Source: Anolis carolinensis
Taxonomy: Eukaryota
Length of the DNA stretch: 64,000 nucleotides
Assembly: GCF_035594765.1 (NCBI RefSeq)
Contig: NC_085841.1
Location: forward strand, 31,913,636-31,977,635
Direction: 5' to 3'
Made by a program: the position numbers and the translations under genes. Below, piece after piece: positions 40,410 to 52,250 of this stretch. Numbering within the stretch: position 1 is the stretch's first letter; each line of letters starts with the position of its first letter. Under the pieces are notes generated by a model that searched no databases, had not been told where the DNA came from, and worked only from the letters and a program-made list of their open reading frames with translations.

Positions 40410-41184
40410 AACAAACAATGGATCTGCACCAAACTTGCCACAGATGATGGAAGACAGAAGACCCATGACCTACTGAACATACTGCAGGGGTTAATGGGAT
40501 GGATCTTGATTTTGGAAGTTATAGTTCACCTACATCCTGAGAAACTGTGACCCCCACCAACAATGGACTGGGACCAAACTTGGCACACAGATCCACATGG
40601 CCAACTGTGCATAAAGGCCTGCTGTAGGGGTGATTGACCTTGGATCTGGGAGTTGTAGTTCACCCTTACCCAGAGAACCCAGTTGATTATGGATCTGGAC
40701 CAAACTTGGCACACAGACCCAACATGGCCAACTGCGAATACTGGCAGGGTTTGGGGGTGATTTCCCTGGGAATCTGGGAGTTGTACACAGTTCACCCTTA
40801 TCTAGACAGCAATGAACCCAGCCAATGATGGATTTGAACCTAACTTAACCAAAACAAACAATGCCTTCTTCTAATAACAAGCATTGTGCACAAGCATTTA
40901 ATGAATAAGTTCTGTGGCTCAACACCGCCCGAATTAAGGTTTACATGCAAGGTCCCTGGATGAATGGATTTAAGTATGTTTTAAGATTGTATACTGTTTT
41001 ATTAAGTAATGTTTAATCGTTTTAAATGTGTTATGCTTTATTTTTTGAACTTGTTACTGGCATTGAATTTTGCCAGATTTTGTAAGCCGCCTTGAGTCCC
41101 CTCGGGTGAGAAAGGCGGGGTAAAAAGGCTGTATATAAAATAAAATAAATAAATAACCTGGGCACTGCTGGATCCCCAAGCTAG
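40410..41184 (+). mobile_element. Helitron-like non-autonomous fragment with internal tandem units, split by an L2 tail (about 40880-41155)
   Basis: About four diverged units of ggatctggaccaaacttggcacacag...ggagttgtagttcacc. The 3' end reads cctgggcactgctggatccccaagCTAG|T, a GC-rich subterminal segment followed by CTAG before T. Confidence 0.55.
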
Positions 41185-41491
41185 TATTAAATTAAAATCT
41201 CCAGTGTTCAAAGCGAAGTGTATTCCAGACTACACTGTACTGTTCCAAGGGCAGAGCAGACCACACTGTGCTTGCTGGTCATATTTGAGATAAAATGACT
41301 GTTGCTGAATACAGAAAAATTCAAATCCAGACTTGCTATGAGTTAAACCATCTAAATTCCTGGATGGATGAATTGGTGAGTTTTGTCTTCTCTCATATTC
41401 AATTTTTTGTGGGGTGGGGGAATAAGCTCTTCTCCCAGTTGGGTTTTGAAGAATTGTGCATATTTTGGCAAATATAAAAACATATTTAAAA

Positions 41492-42073
41492 TGTCCTGTT
41501 TTGTCTTTCAAAAAACAGCCTTAAAACAATGTGGTAAGTAAATGAAAACTGCTTTACTTCAGCAAAACATAAAGAACAGCACACTCAGTGGTATAATTCA
41601 AAAGAAAGCAAGGAAGTCTTAGAGCAAACACAGTTCTTAAGTCTCTGATCAATTTCCAAATCAAGTAACAGTCTTACTTCAGACAAAGAAACAGCAATAA
41701 ATCCTTAGGAGCAGTTTCCCAGGTGCAGACTCGAAGCAGGCACAAGGGAAGTGAAGGCTTAGGCATTAGAGTCAGTTTGTTACCAGCAAAAGCTGATTGC
41801 ACCTGCTTCTGATTTATAGCCCTGAATTCTCCCACAGCTGCTAGGGCAGTTCTCAATTACTCAGCTGCATTTCTGGCAGCTATTCTAGCTGAATGACATC
41901 TCTGCTCTGTTTCCTTTCGCCTTTCCTGAAATGTGGGTACTTGCAAAATCTCCTCCTCAGATTCTAACTGCCCCTCTGACTCATGAACATTCTCCTGCTC
42001 CCCTTCCTCTTCTGAAGAGGAATACCTAACAAAAAACCAGCAACACACACTGCCCCTACCCCTAGACATCACA
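41492..42073 (-). mobile_element. Solo LTR-like element (Gypsy-like)
   Basis: The minus strand starts TGTGATG and ends ...AGGACA. TATA box CTATAAA at about 41813-41819 and AGTAAA near the 3' end. No clean TSD. Confidence 0.6.
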
Positions 42074-42079
42074 ATAGAT

Positions 42080-42498
42080 CAGTGGTTCTCACCAGGGCCG
42101 TAGCCAGAAAAAAATTTCAGGGGGGGTTTTGAAAATTTCGGGGGGGGGGGGGTTAACCCCTAGCACACACCCCTCCCCGCTACAAACCTGTCAATATCTG
42201 CTTGAGATAGTGCCTGGAGGGACTCTTAATGTTTTGTGTCTCATAGACTTAGCATGGGGATTTGGTTAACCAGTTAAAATTCATGAGTAAACCAGGTTTT
42301 TTTTATAACCTGAAAAATTTCGGGGGGGGGGGTTGAACCCCTAAAACCACCCCCTCGCTACAGGCCTGGTTCTCACCCTGGGGTCCCCAGCGGTTTTGGG
42401 CCTACAACTCCCAAAAATCCTAACCAGTTTACCAATTGTTAGGATTTCTGGAAGTTGAAGGCCAAAAACATCTGGGGATCCCAGGTTGAGAACCACTA
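42080..42498. mobile_element. hAT (Charlie/MER5-like) MITE
   Basis: TIR CAGTGGTTCTCA... / ...TTGAGAACCACT with a palindromic interior (gggcctacaactccca / ggaagttgaaggcc). Confidence 0.8.
42093..42368. mobile_element. hAT MITE inserted in the TIR of another hAT MITE
   Basis: CAGGGCCGTAGC...GCTACAGGCCTG with an 8-bp TSD GTTCTCAC (42085-42092, 42369-42376). Confidence 0.9.
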
Positions 42499-43789
42499 TC
42501 ATAAATGTTGATATCTGGACTCTTGGATTGACATATACAGTGAGACCTTGATATCCATTGGAGTTTATTTCCAGGACAGTCCCCTCCTCCCCACCACCTG
42601 GTAAGATCAAGGTTTGCATTTTGGAATTTTCGGGAGTATTTTTAAGCCCTCCATAGTTGAATCCATAAATACCAGCCAAGTGGGTGACTGCAAATATGAT
42701 AGGATGACACTGGAGGAGAGAGTAGGCCATTGCCTACCAATAAGAATGCTGTCCCCCAAATTAACATTTTCCTTGAGCCCTCAAATTGCTAGCAATGCAT
42801 AGGGTAAGACACTGAACATTGTTTACATAGAGAGAACTTGTGTATTTGCTGTGTTCCAATTCCCTTGGTACCTTTGCTTGCCCCTTTTCTTTGGATGTAT
42901 ACAGTGTGTTTCTGTTATAAATGTTCAATTGATACTTTTAGTTATGACAGTGCTAGAAATTTGGAGACTGAAAGAGATTTTAATATAAGGAAACGCTTAT
43001 TGGGGTTGGGCAATATGTTCATTCACTCAGCTCTTGCAGATACACGTGCAGCTCGTGCAATTACGTTGTGACATGATTGTGATTGTGACTGGAATTGTAG
43101 CATAGCAGCAATTCAGCACTGAGTGCAACCAGTAGAAAACCAATCCATTCTTCTGAACAGATTTCTAGGAGTTTTAGTTTCAACCATGGTCACTTAATCA
43201 GGAATGAAAAGAGAAAACAAACTTGTCTATATGTGGAACTAATACCTCTTTCTTCAGATTACAGTCAAATTAATGAGTAACCATTAATTTTATTTCTGAG
43301 GATGCACATGTAGGGTTTTCTTAAGACCATCCTTTGAAGCAAAGGAATTTACGTATTAGACCAAGCCTTTTAGTATTAGGGAATTTTTAATAGTGTTTAG
43401 TGATTGAAAGCAAGATACAATAGCTTTATGACAAAGAAGCTTATGATGGCAGTCCTCCATAATAGCTTTTGTATTACTGTAAATGACAATGCTTAAGGTT
43501 TGCTTTTTATTTATGCAAATGAACTGCAAATGGCATGAATTCTGACTATTCTTAGGTCACTCCAGATCTTGGGAACATTTTATCATGGCAATAATTGTAG
43601 CATTTCCCCTTCCTACATTTCATGCTGTACCATAAGAATACAATAGGACAGTAATTTTTTAAGTTTATGTTAGGGGTGTTCAGAATCCATTATTAAAACC
43701 CTTCTCTTTTAATTTGCTTGCTTTCCTTACATATGCCAGTAAGGATGCTGCCATAGCAGGTGGATAGAAATTGGAAAGATAAGTCTAGA

Positions 43790-44110
43790 TTCAAAGATAT
43801 GTCTTTGTTCAAGGAACAGCATTCTATGCAGCTCCAGATAAAACTTTGCAGCTGCTATTTTCTTCTTTCAGCCAAGCAATTAGACCACCAAAGCTGAATG
43901 GCATCAACCCTGAGCTTGAGTTGGTCGGGGCAAGCCAATACCCATTCTTCCTCCTCTTCCTGATCCAGCTCAGGTGCTTCCATTCCTGGAAAGGCCTGAT
44001 CCTGCTCAGCCTTAGTAGCATCGGAATGTTCCTCTTCCTGAGGCTCACATTCTGCTGCTGGGAGGAAATTCTCCACCTCCTGATCCTCACCTGGCCCCAG
44101 GGTCCTGACA
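43790..44110 (-). mobile_element. Partial LTR (U3 part) abutting the hAT fossil
   Basis: The minus strand begins TGTCAGGACCC at 44110. It has the same acidic-ORF/basic-motif/stop layout as the 41492-42073 element. The far boundary is uncertain. Confidence 0.5.
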
Positions 44111-44870
44111 GTGAAGGCCACATGTACCTTTCCCTCACCATGGGGACAGGGCATTGCTGGGCCCTGCTCCATGTCTAGGTGATGGATGAGGCACACACTT
44201 CTTCTGAGATCTGCTGGGCCATAGACTGCATGCTGGAGAGGTGGTTGTCTGGGAGGAGGCTCACCCATGTTTTGTGGTAACAGATAACTGGGTGAATATA
44301 GCATATGCAGTGGAGGACACTGGCACACATGCTCCACCTCACCATCCGTGAAGGGCTAAACCTGACTAGTACGCCCTCTTCAGAGACTGTCCCAAGTGGC
44401 ATCTGGGACATTACTCAACTGATTGAATCATGCTGCAAGATCACTGGCTACTTCCACTGCAGCATCAAAGCTGAAAGACTACTGCGGGAGAGGCAGTCCA
44501 TGGAGGAACTCCACCTTCCTGATGCTCTAATGGCTGATGGACCAGCAGAAGGTGATCCACAGCCTCACCCTGGAATAGGAGGACCTCGGCCCTGTGCTGA
44601 CACCCCTCTTGAAGCGCGAGTGAGACTGCATCTCCCAGCTGGTCTCTGTACTCCAGCCCTTCCTGGGGGTCACAGAGACCCTGAATACTTTGACAATCCT
44701 TCTGAGTCATGTGCCCCCTCTGGTGCTGGGATTGAAGGGTTGGGGGGGGCAGTACTTTTGCCAGCCTGGCTGGGATGCTGACACTCCAGGTGTGGGCCCC
44801 ACCATCAACAAATGCCTGTTCTTCATCAGGCAGAGACACATGTTGGCTGGCATGTGCAATCATGTATTAG
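44111..44870 (+). pseudogene. Decayed hAT (Ac/ZBED-like) transposase, catalytic core
   Basis: Motifs in colinear order across frameshifts: YLSLT..HCW, EAHTSSEI...LERW, FVVTDNWVNI (44271-44300), LAHMLHLTIREGL, LIESCCKITGYFHCS, WRNSTFLML (44501) and LLSHVPPLVLGL. Confidence 0.85.
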
Positions 44871-45891
44871 GACCTCCATCACTATTGCATCACTATCAGC
44901 AAGCAGCTCTCTCTGAAAGGCTTTCTGGTGACATTGCATTTCCAATCAAATGAGACATCATCAGCAAATCTCTGGGAGAAACCTGCTTGCTGGTGGCAAC
45001 ACAGCCATGGGTCCATTGGCAGTGTGGACATGGATGAGGACAAATCCAACACAATCCAGCTGGCTGCATCTCCAAAACTGTAACACTAAAGTACACAGAA
45101 ATCTATAATACGTGTAGCGATACAGTTGTCCTATTACTAACTAATATGTTATGAATCAGCTGTGCATCATGTGGATCTTCCACAGCAGCTGAATGATGAG
45201 TTCACTTTAATTTGGTCATGTAGACACAACCATAGAGAAGGGGAAGAAGAAGGAAGGGGAAGAAATGGTTGAATTAACTAAACATTTTACAGAAAATTGG
45301 TAACTTAGTTTTACCCCCACCCCGCAAAAAACCTTGTTCACCTTCCTGAAAATGTCTCTAAAATTTTGCCTGAAACGCAGTTCCTTAGATTTCTTTTTTC
45401 CTTTGGCAGCTTTTCATAAAATAATAATGACCATAAAAACTATTCAGCACTAAGTAAGGAAGTCAGCGCCTTTGAATGCAGTACAGCCCTGTTGAACCCA
45501 ATAGTGGTTTTAGAGACTCTTTCAGCTGTTGAAAGGTGTACATATAACCCTTGTGTATTCTTTTGCTCACGTGAGAAAATGACCCCACTTCTGGAATCCA
45601 TTCAGCTGCCAAATCAATTGCTTTATCTGCTTTTGTGTTGTTAGCTGAGAAGACAAGGATTGCCTAACAATCCTGCTTTTAAACTCTGCTAACTGATCCA
45701 GCTTTCATCAAAAAAACAAGCCTGAAGAGTCTTAAAATTAGATGTTTCAGAAACTCTTGAGGAAAAAAGAAAGGGAAGAAAAGGCTATAGCCTGCTATTA
45801 TAAGTAAATAAAGAGTAGTCATCAGACACTAGTTTTAGAACATGTATGGTTGCACACAAACCCTATTTTCTCATGTCAAATACCATCTGAA

Positions 45892-45922
<31 letters not shown>

Positions 45923-46799
45923 TTCATAATAAATATAATAATTATCAACTACAGCTTAGCAGAGTTGCATTTGGACTATGGGACCCAGAATTCTTCAATC
46001 ATCATGAGCAATGACCAAACTTCTGTTTAAAGAAATAATTTATTTGAAGGATTGTCTAAGTCAAGCTAAATTTAAAGACCAATTATCTTAGAGTCAGGTA
46101 TTCCCCAACTCCTGATTGCAGACAGTATCGGGAAGCAGAGGAAAGCCAGACAAAAAGACAGGGGAACATTGTAAGATTGTAGGCCATCCCTGAAGATAGA
46201 CCTTGCTGGGGTGCATTGGGTCCTCACTCTTAAGAACACTCCCCCCCCCCTTTCCTCTGCTTCCCCTCCCCTTCCCTCCTGCTTGTGGTATAAACTCTCA
46301 AGAATGAGTAACACTGTGCCTATTTATACAACTGCACTCAAACAGAAATTGAAAGAAAAGGCCAAAGCTGCACAACACATGTAATAGGAATGTGGAAATT
46401 GAAAAGCATTTATTGGTGAAGTTAGACATTGTAAAACAAAAAAACCTGAATGCTTAATACATGGGGTTAGTGAGCTAAAGTGGACATGACTAGGACATTT
46501 TAAAGCAGATAATTACACAGAATCGTAATCAAAAATTGAAAAAGAAATGGATTACTATTAACAGTCAGGCAAGGTATAGCAAAAGCAGTAAGGGGATATG
46601 ATACCAAGTCTGACTGAATAGTATCAGTAAGACTTCAAGGAACACCATAGAATTATAGAGTTGGAAGAGACCGCAATATCAATCCTGCTCTTCATAAACT
46701 GCTAACTACAAAATTTACAACAAAGCTAAAGAAATCAATCAAATGGAAACTAGTCAAGAAATCAGAAGAAAACAAGGACTTTGAATGACAGCTATGAAG

Positions 46800-47400
46800 A
46801 AACTAGGTAAGATCCTCTAGGTATATAATTGAATACCAATGTCAGAATTGTCAGTGTCATTGCATTTCTGATTTCTTTATATAGCTGTGTAAACTGGATA
46901 GTAAAGATAGCTGGCAGGAGGAAAATCAACCCATTTCAAGTGTGGTATTGGAAGAGAGTTCTATGGATGCCATGGACTGACAAAATAAACGGGTCCTAGA
47001 GTACTGCTTCTAAAACTGTGGGTCCAGACTCCAAATGGGTTCCCCTTAGCTCAATTTTTGGGTAGTAAAAAATTGGTCACAGTAATCCTAGTTACTGGGT
47101 GGGGAGTATAAGAAGCCTTTCCTATAACGTATCAAGTCTAAATTCTTCCTAAAAGTGATCAGACTGCTATTAGAGCACTGTGGATACATCATGAGATGAC
47201 ATGACTCATTAGAAAAGACAATAATGCTTAGTAAAACAAGAGGCAGCAGGAAAAAGGGAAGACCAAATTACAGATGGATAAACACAAGGAAACCACAGCC
47301 TGAGTGTGTAAACCCTGAGCAGTGGTTTTATTAAGTGTGTGGGGGTTTCTCATTCGCAGAACTGCTATATATTGAAACCAACTCTCTGGTCATAAGCAAC
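46800..47400 (+). mobile_element. Old RTE-type LINE 3' remnant (interrupted)
   Basis: gtgtggtattggaagagagttctatggatgccatggactg and atcatgagatgacatgactcattagaaaagacaataatgctt resemble RTE WCWRRxLRxPWT and HIMRR..SLEK.IML. Confidence 0.6.
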
Positions 47401-49070
47401 AATTCCAATTAGAGCTAACAATTGGATTTAACTCATAAATTAGCAAGTGTACATTTGAGTTCTCTCTTCATCTACTTCTTCTTTGGTGATACATTTCCTT
47501 TTTTGAGAAATATATAAATGACTACCATAAACCACGAGCACTATCACAGCGTAGTGTTTCAGCACTGGAGGATGAGTTTAGAAACTAGGGCTCAAATCTC
47601 TGCCCAGGCACAGAGGTCCACCAGGTTGCATTAGGCAAGTCACATCCCCGAGCTTCAGAGGAAGACAATGTAACCACTAACCACCCCTCTGAAGAAATTC
47701 TGCCAAGAAAACCCTGTGATAGGTCTTCCTTAGAAATTATTTGAAGGCACACAATAACAAATTCTTCACAACTTAAAAATCCTAACAATTTGGAGAAATA
47801 ACTTCAATAAGTAATGAGAGGATCTGCCATTACTAGCTTTTATGTAGTCAGACATCTGAGAACAAAATGTTATTTTAAGTATTTCTTTAATGTATTGCTT
47901 TTCACTATGTCTCCAAGGTTTTCTAGTTTCTTCCTCTCATAATTGCTTTACAATTGACCTCCTTTCTCCTCAGAGGCAAAATAAATAAAGAGCTAAATAA
48001 AGAGAACAAAAAAAAAAAAACCCCGTAGTCAGATAATGCATGTTTTTACTAGGGCCAATTAAAAGATTACAAAAGTGAGCTAGCTTTCACTTTCATAATT
48101 CTTCATAACTGAAGAATTCATAGAAGAATTTGGGGAAAAGAGTTGTCCCAATGTTGCAGCAATCCCAAGACAGACCAGCACACTGAATGAGCCCCTCATC
48201 AGGTACACCTAGAAATTCATACTGAGGTGAAGAAGCAATGCTAAGCGGCCATTTCCAAAAACATACAGTTGACTATACCTATGAGGCAAGTTAGACCACC
48301 TCCAAAGTTCCTTTTGGTTAAGCAGAGTAGGAATGAACTCCCATTTTCTTAGAAGTGCAATATTTAGAGTCCTGTAATACATTGTCTTCCCTAAACATAC
48401 ACAATTGACTAGTCTCACTTATTTATGAAGTACAGACCTAAGAATTCTGTCATGTCTGAAGTGTTCACTTTGGAGATTCGGTAGACTTCTTTGCATCAGA
48501 AGGAAACATAAAGAAGAAATATTAGGGCAAATGAAGCTCTGGATCCTAACAAGCCTGACAATGTCTCTCTTTTGACATTTTATTTTTATGAGTTTCTTAA
48601 TGATCCCATTGGAATCTTAATGCTCTTTGGTTCTTTATGTATATATTACTGCAACACACACATACATTTGATGAATATTTTATGACTACCTAGGTTGCCA
48701 GGAGCTATCATAAATTTCATGGAGGGCTATTTCTGAGGGATATTAATGTGAGAAATCCCTATTGTTGAGGAGTAACATCAATCATTTTATGCATCTATAA
48801 CCTGCAAGCTGTAAAATGTATTGTTAGCACATCTTTAAAGACTCATTTACAATTAACATCTTCCAAGTGTCACACCGCCAAGATTTTGTAGAATTAGCAG
48901 TAAGGTGATTCCACTCTTGACCAACATGGCCTATCTCTAAGATACCGTATATGTTCTCCTGTATTTGAGGGGTTCTCAAACTTTTTCAGCTACAGAGCAC
49001 TTTTTGAAGCAATAATTTCTTGTGGAGCCTCAATAAATGTTTATATTGAAATGTTTATATTAAATGTTTA

Positions 49071-49733
49071 CAGGAAGTGGTCTGCAAACACTTAGAAATG
49101 AATGTGGCCATCACTAATAGTTAACAGGAATTTATCGAAAACAAGTCATGCCAGACTAATCTGATCCATGGGAATGCTGTGGATGTAGCATATTTGGATT
49201 TCAGTAAGGTATTCGACAAGGGCCCCCATGACCTTTTGGCAAACGAACTAGTCAAATGTGGGCTAGGCAAAACTACGGTTAGGTGGATCTGTAATTGGTT
49301 AAGTGAACGAACCCAGAGGATGCTCACCAATGCTTCCTCTTCATCCTGGAAAGAAGTGATGAGTTGAGTGCCGCAGGGTTCTGACCTGGGCCTGGTTCTG
49401 TTCAACATCTTTATTAATGACTTAGATGGATTAGAAGGCATGATTATCAAATTTGCAGGCGACACAAAATTGGAAGGGATAGCCAATACTCCAGAAGACA
49501 GGAGCAGAATTCAAAACGATCATAACAGATTAGAGAGATGGGCAAAAACTAACAAAATTAAATTCAACAGGGACAAATGCAAAATATTCCATTTAGGGTG
49601 AAAAAATAAATTGCAGAGATACAGAATGGGGGACACCTAGCTCAATAGCAGTACATGTGAAAAAGATCTTGAAGTCCTCATGTACTGGATGGTCCACAAG
49701 GTCTCCTCCAACTCTATGATTCTATGATTCTAT
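49071..49733 (+). mobile_element. CR1 fragment with internal deletions
   Basis: [29 protein letters not shown] and KFAGDTKL. The sequence jumps to the (ATTCTATG)n tail at about 49680. Confidence 0.9.
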
Positions 49734-49813
49734 ATATTATAGTATATATTATATATAATGTGTGTGTGTGTGCGTGTGTGTGTATGATGAATGGAGAGTG
49801 TTTGTGTAAACTA

Positions 49814-50121
49814 CAGTAGAGTCTCACTTATCCAACATAAACGGGCCGGCAGAATGTTGGATAAGTGAATATGTTGGATAATAAGGAGGGATTAAGGAAA
49901 AGCCTATTAAACATCAAATTAGGTTATGATTTTACAAATTAAGCACCAAAACATCATGTTATACAACAAATTTGACAGAAAAAGTAGTTCAATACGCAGT
50001 AATGCTATGTAGTAATTACTGTATTTACGAATTTAGCACCAAAATATCACGATGTATTGAAAATATCGACTACAAAAATGTGTTGGATTATCCAGAACGT
50101 TGGATAAGTGAGACTCTACTG
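49814..50121 (-). mobile_element. Tc1/mariner MITE (reverse orientation)
   Basis: TA|CAGTAGAGTCTCACTTATCCAA...GAGACTCTACTG|TA. Confidence 0.92.
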
Positions 50122-50307
50122 TAATTCACACAATGCAAGAAAAGAGGGAAAAGAACAATACAATATTTAAAATGAAGAACAATTTTAGCTTACATAAACT
50201 TCACAATATTTGAATGCATGACCTCCAGGGTCATCCAATCCAACCCCCTTCTGTCATGCAGGAACACAATCAAAGCACCCCCAAAAGATGGCCATCCAGG
50301 CTTTGTA

Positions 50308-50391
<84 letters not shown>

Positions 50392-50394
50392 AAT
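50308..50394. repeat. Compound (AAT)n(AAC)n microsatellite
   Basis: Seen directly in the sequence. Confidence 0.97.
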
Positions 50395-51679
50395 AGAAAC
50401 CGCAGAGGACATCCAGTCCAACCCCCTTCTACCACGCAGGAAAAACACAATCAAAACCCCAACAGATGATCATCCAATCCAACCTCCTTCTGCCATGTAG
50501 AAACACATCAAAGCACCCCCTAAGAGGTGGGAGGGAAATAAGATTTTGGAAGCAAAGAAAGTGGGAGGGGGGTCTAGGCGGCAAGGAAAAGAGTTGTGGG
50601 AGGCATGGGAGAAAGAGTCTGTGCCCCAGGAGGATGCTTTTGCTGCTGATGTTTCTAGCAGTTCAAAACTTTTATTTCCCTGCATTTTTCAAAATGAGGA
50701 AAGAGGAGGAGGTGGGAAGCAGCATGGCGCTGTAGAGCCCCTCACTATCATCCATTAAGCTCCAATGGCTCCACGGAGCACAGTTTGAGAACCCTTGGTC
50801 TAGACATTTTAGTCAAAAATCAGCCCCCAAAATCTGTGTTGACTTATCCATGGGTCAATGGATAAGTCAACACAGATTTTGGGGGCTTTTTTTAATGCCT
50901 GGGTGGGAAAATAATCGTGGCCAACAGGGGCAGCTAGCCCCCTGAGACAATGCTGGTGTTTCTTCCTCTCTGAGAAACAACCCTTGATTTATCTATGGGT
51001 CATATCAAAATCCATAATTTTGTTCCAAAAACTTACCCTCAACATATACATGAAGTCAACTTATACATAAGTACATTCTATAAACATTGCTATAGTCCAG
51101 GCCTGCAGTACTTAAAAAAACAACATGTTGAAGACAGTCTGCCTGTTATATGTGTATAATATGATCTACCAGCTAACTGAACACACAATTGTGTTTGCAG
51201 TCTCAGAAAGGCAGCAATTATAGACGTTTCCTTTAGACTGTGGTGGACCTTTATAAGAGGCAGTGCCTTTGGCTTAGTTCAAGGGTAGAAAATGTGTAGC
51301 ACTCCAGATGTTGTTAGTGTGCAACCCCCTCCTTGGCTGCTTTTGGATATGGTTGAATGGAACAACAATCCAACAGCATCTTAAAAGTGAATCCTGAATT
51401 AAGTGTTCCTGATTGAACCTTGATTACTGAATTCAAGATACACATAAAGCCAGTCCCCAAGTTACAAACAAGATGAGGTCTGTAGATCTGTTATTAAGTT
51501 GAATTTGTAAGTCGAAACAGGTACATTTTTAAGTGTAACTATAGCCAAATATTTACAGCTTCTCGTTTTGGATAGCATAGGGAAGGTTTAACACTCCTGT
51601 AACATTTCTTTTTCTATCCATGAATTTAATCATGCATGGCTTGAAAATACCCCCTCGGTGCCTTGGTCACAAGCTAGAG

Positions 51680-52250
51680 CAGTGGTTTCCAACCTTTTTT
51701 TTAAACAGGGATCACTTTGACCAGGGACCACTCTCCAGCATTATTTCCAAAAGGGTTATAAGTTTTTGGTCAACTTTAAATTCAGTTTGGTTATTCAGAA
51801 AATTGCATTGGATAGACTACATCAGCTCTAGTTTCTGATATAGAACATATACCATTCAGTAGTCGCCATCTGCTCACCCAAAGAAAACCACATTTAATCA
51901 TCTAAAACTGATGTGATCTATCAAATGAAATTTTCTGAATCAAAATAACCCCAGGAACAGGCCTAAAAACGGAAACACCAAGGGGCTCCCACTTCCAAGT
52001 GCCACATGGAACGGCTCCACTCAGGGGGGAGGGGGGAGGAGGAGAAGCAACCGTCAGGAGACTTGTTGTCATGCCTTTCATGGATAGTCAGCCTCTCCCC
52101 TCCCAACATCCCTATTGCCTCATCATTATAAGAGATTTTCAAGAGACCAGTCATTCTCGTTGCAATGGTGTAGAAACCGTGAGGCCGCAGACCATATTAT
52201 AGTTTTTGGGGACCACTGGTGGCCCATGGACCACAGGTTGGGAACCACTG
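51680..52250. mobile_element. hAT (Charlie-type) MITE
   Basis: TIR CAGTGGTTTCCAACCT / AGGTTGGGAACCACTG with an 8-bp TSD AGCTAGAG (51672-51679, 52251-52258). Confidence 0.92.

Larger units (their letters stand above)
48967..50797. mobile_element. Non-autonomous hAT element carrying later insertions
   Basis: TIRs (g)AGGGGTTCTCAAACT / AGTTTGAGAACCCTTG. The right flank GTCTAGAC fits the Charlie-type target, but the left TSD is not preserved. Confidence 0.65.
48945..51077. mobile_element. Tc1/mariner-type MITE (outer host of a nested stack)
   Basis: TA|CCGTATAT left end. The remainder, gtctagacattttagtcaaaaatcagccccc...gtcaacttatacataagta, follows the inserted hAT. Confidence 0.5.

Noticed and set aside
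40410-40860. Repeat units with variable spacers resembling a CRISPR-like array
   Set aside because: Eukaryotic context, and the units are long diverged tandem repeats internal to a Helitron-like element.
43855-43930. DAIQLWWSN as the hAT C-terminal dimerisation motif (DPLxWW)
   Set aside because: It is on the opposite strand to the transposase and lies inside the LTR-like segment. It is better explained as CpG-decayed LRRSNRL.
50190-50469. Poly-L/N/V/I ORFs (also at 19928, 29187 and 40293)
   Set aside because: These are translations of trinucleotide microsatellites.
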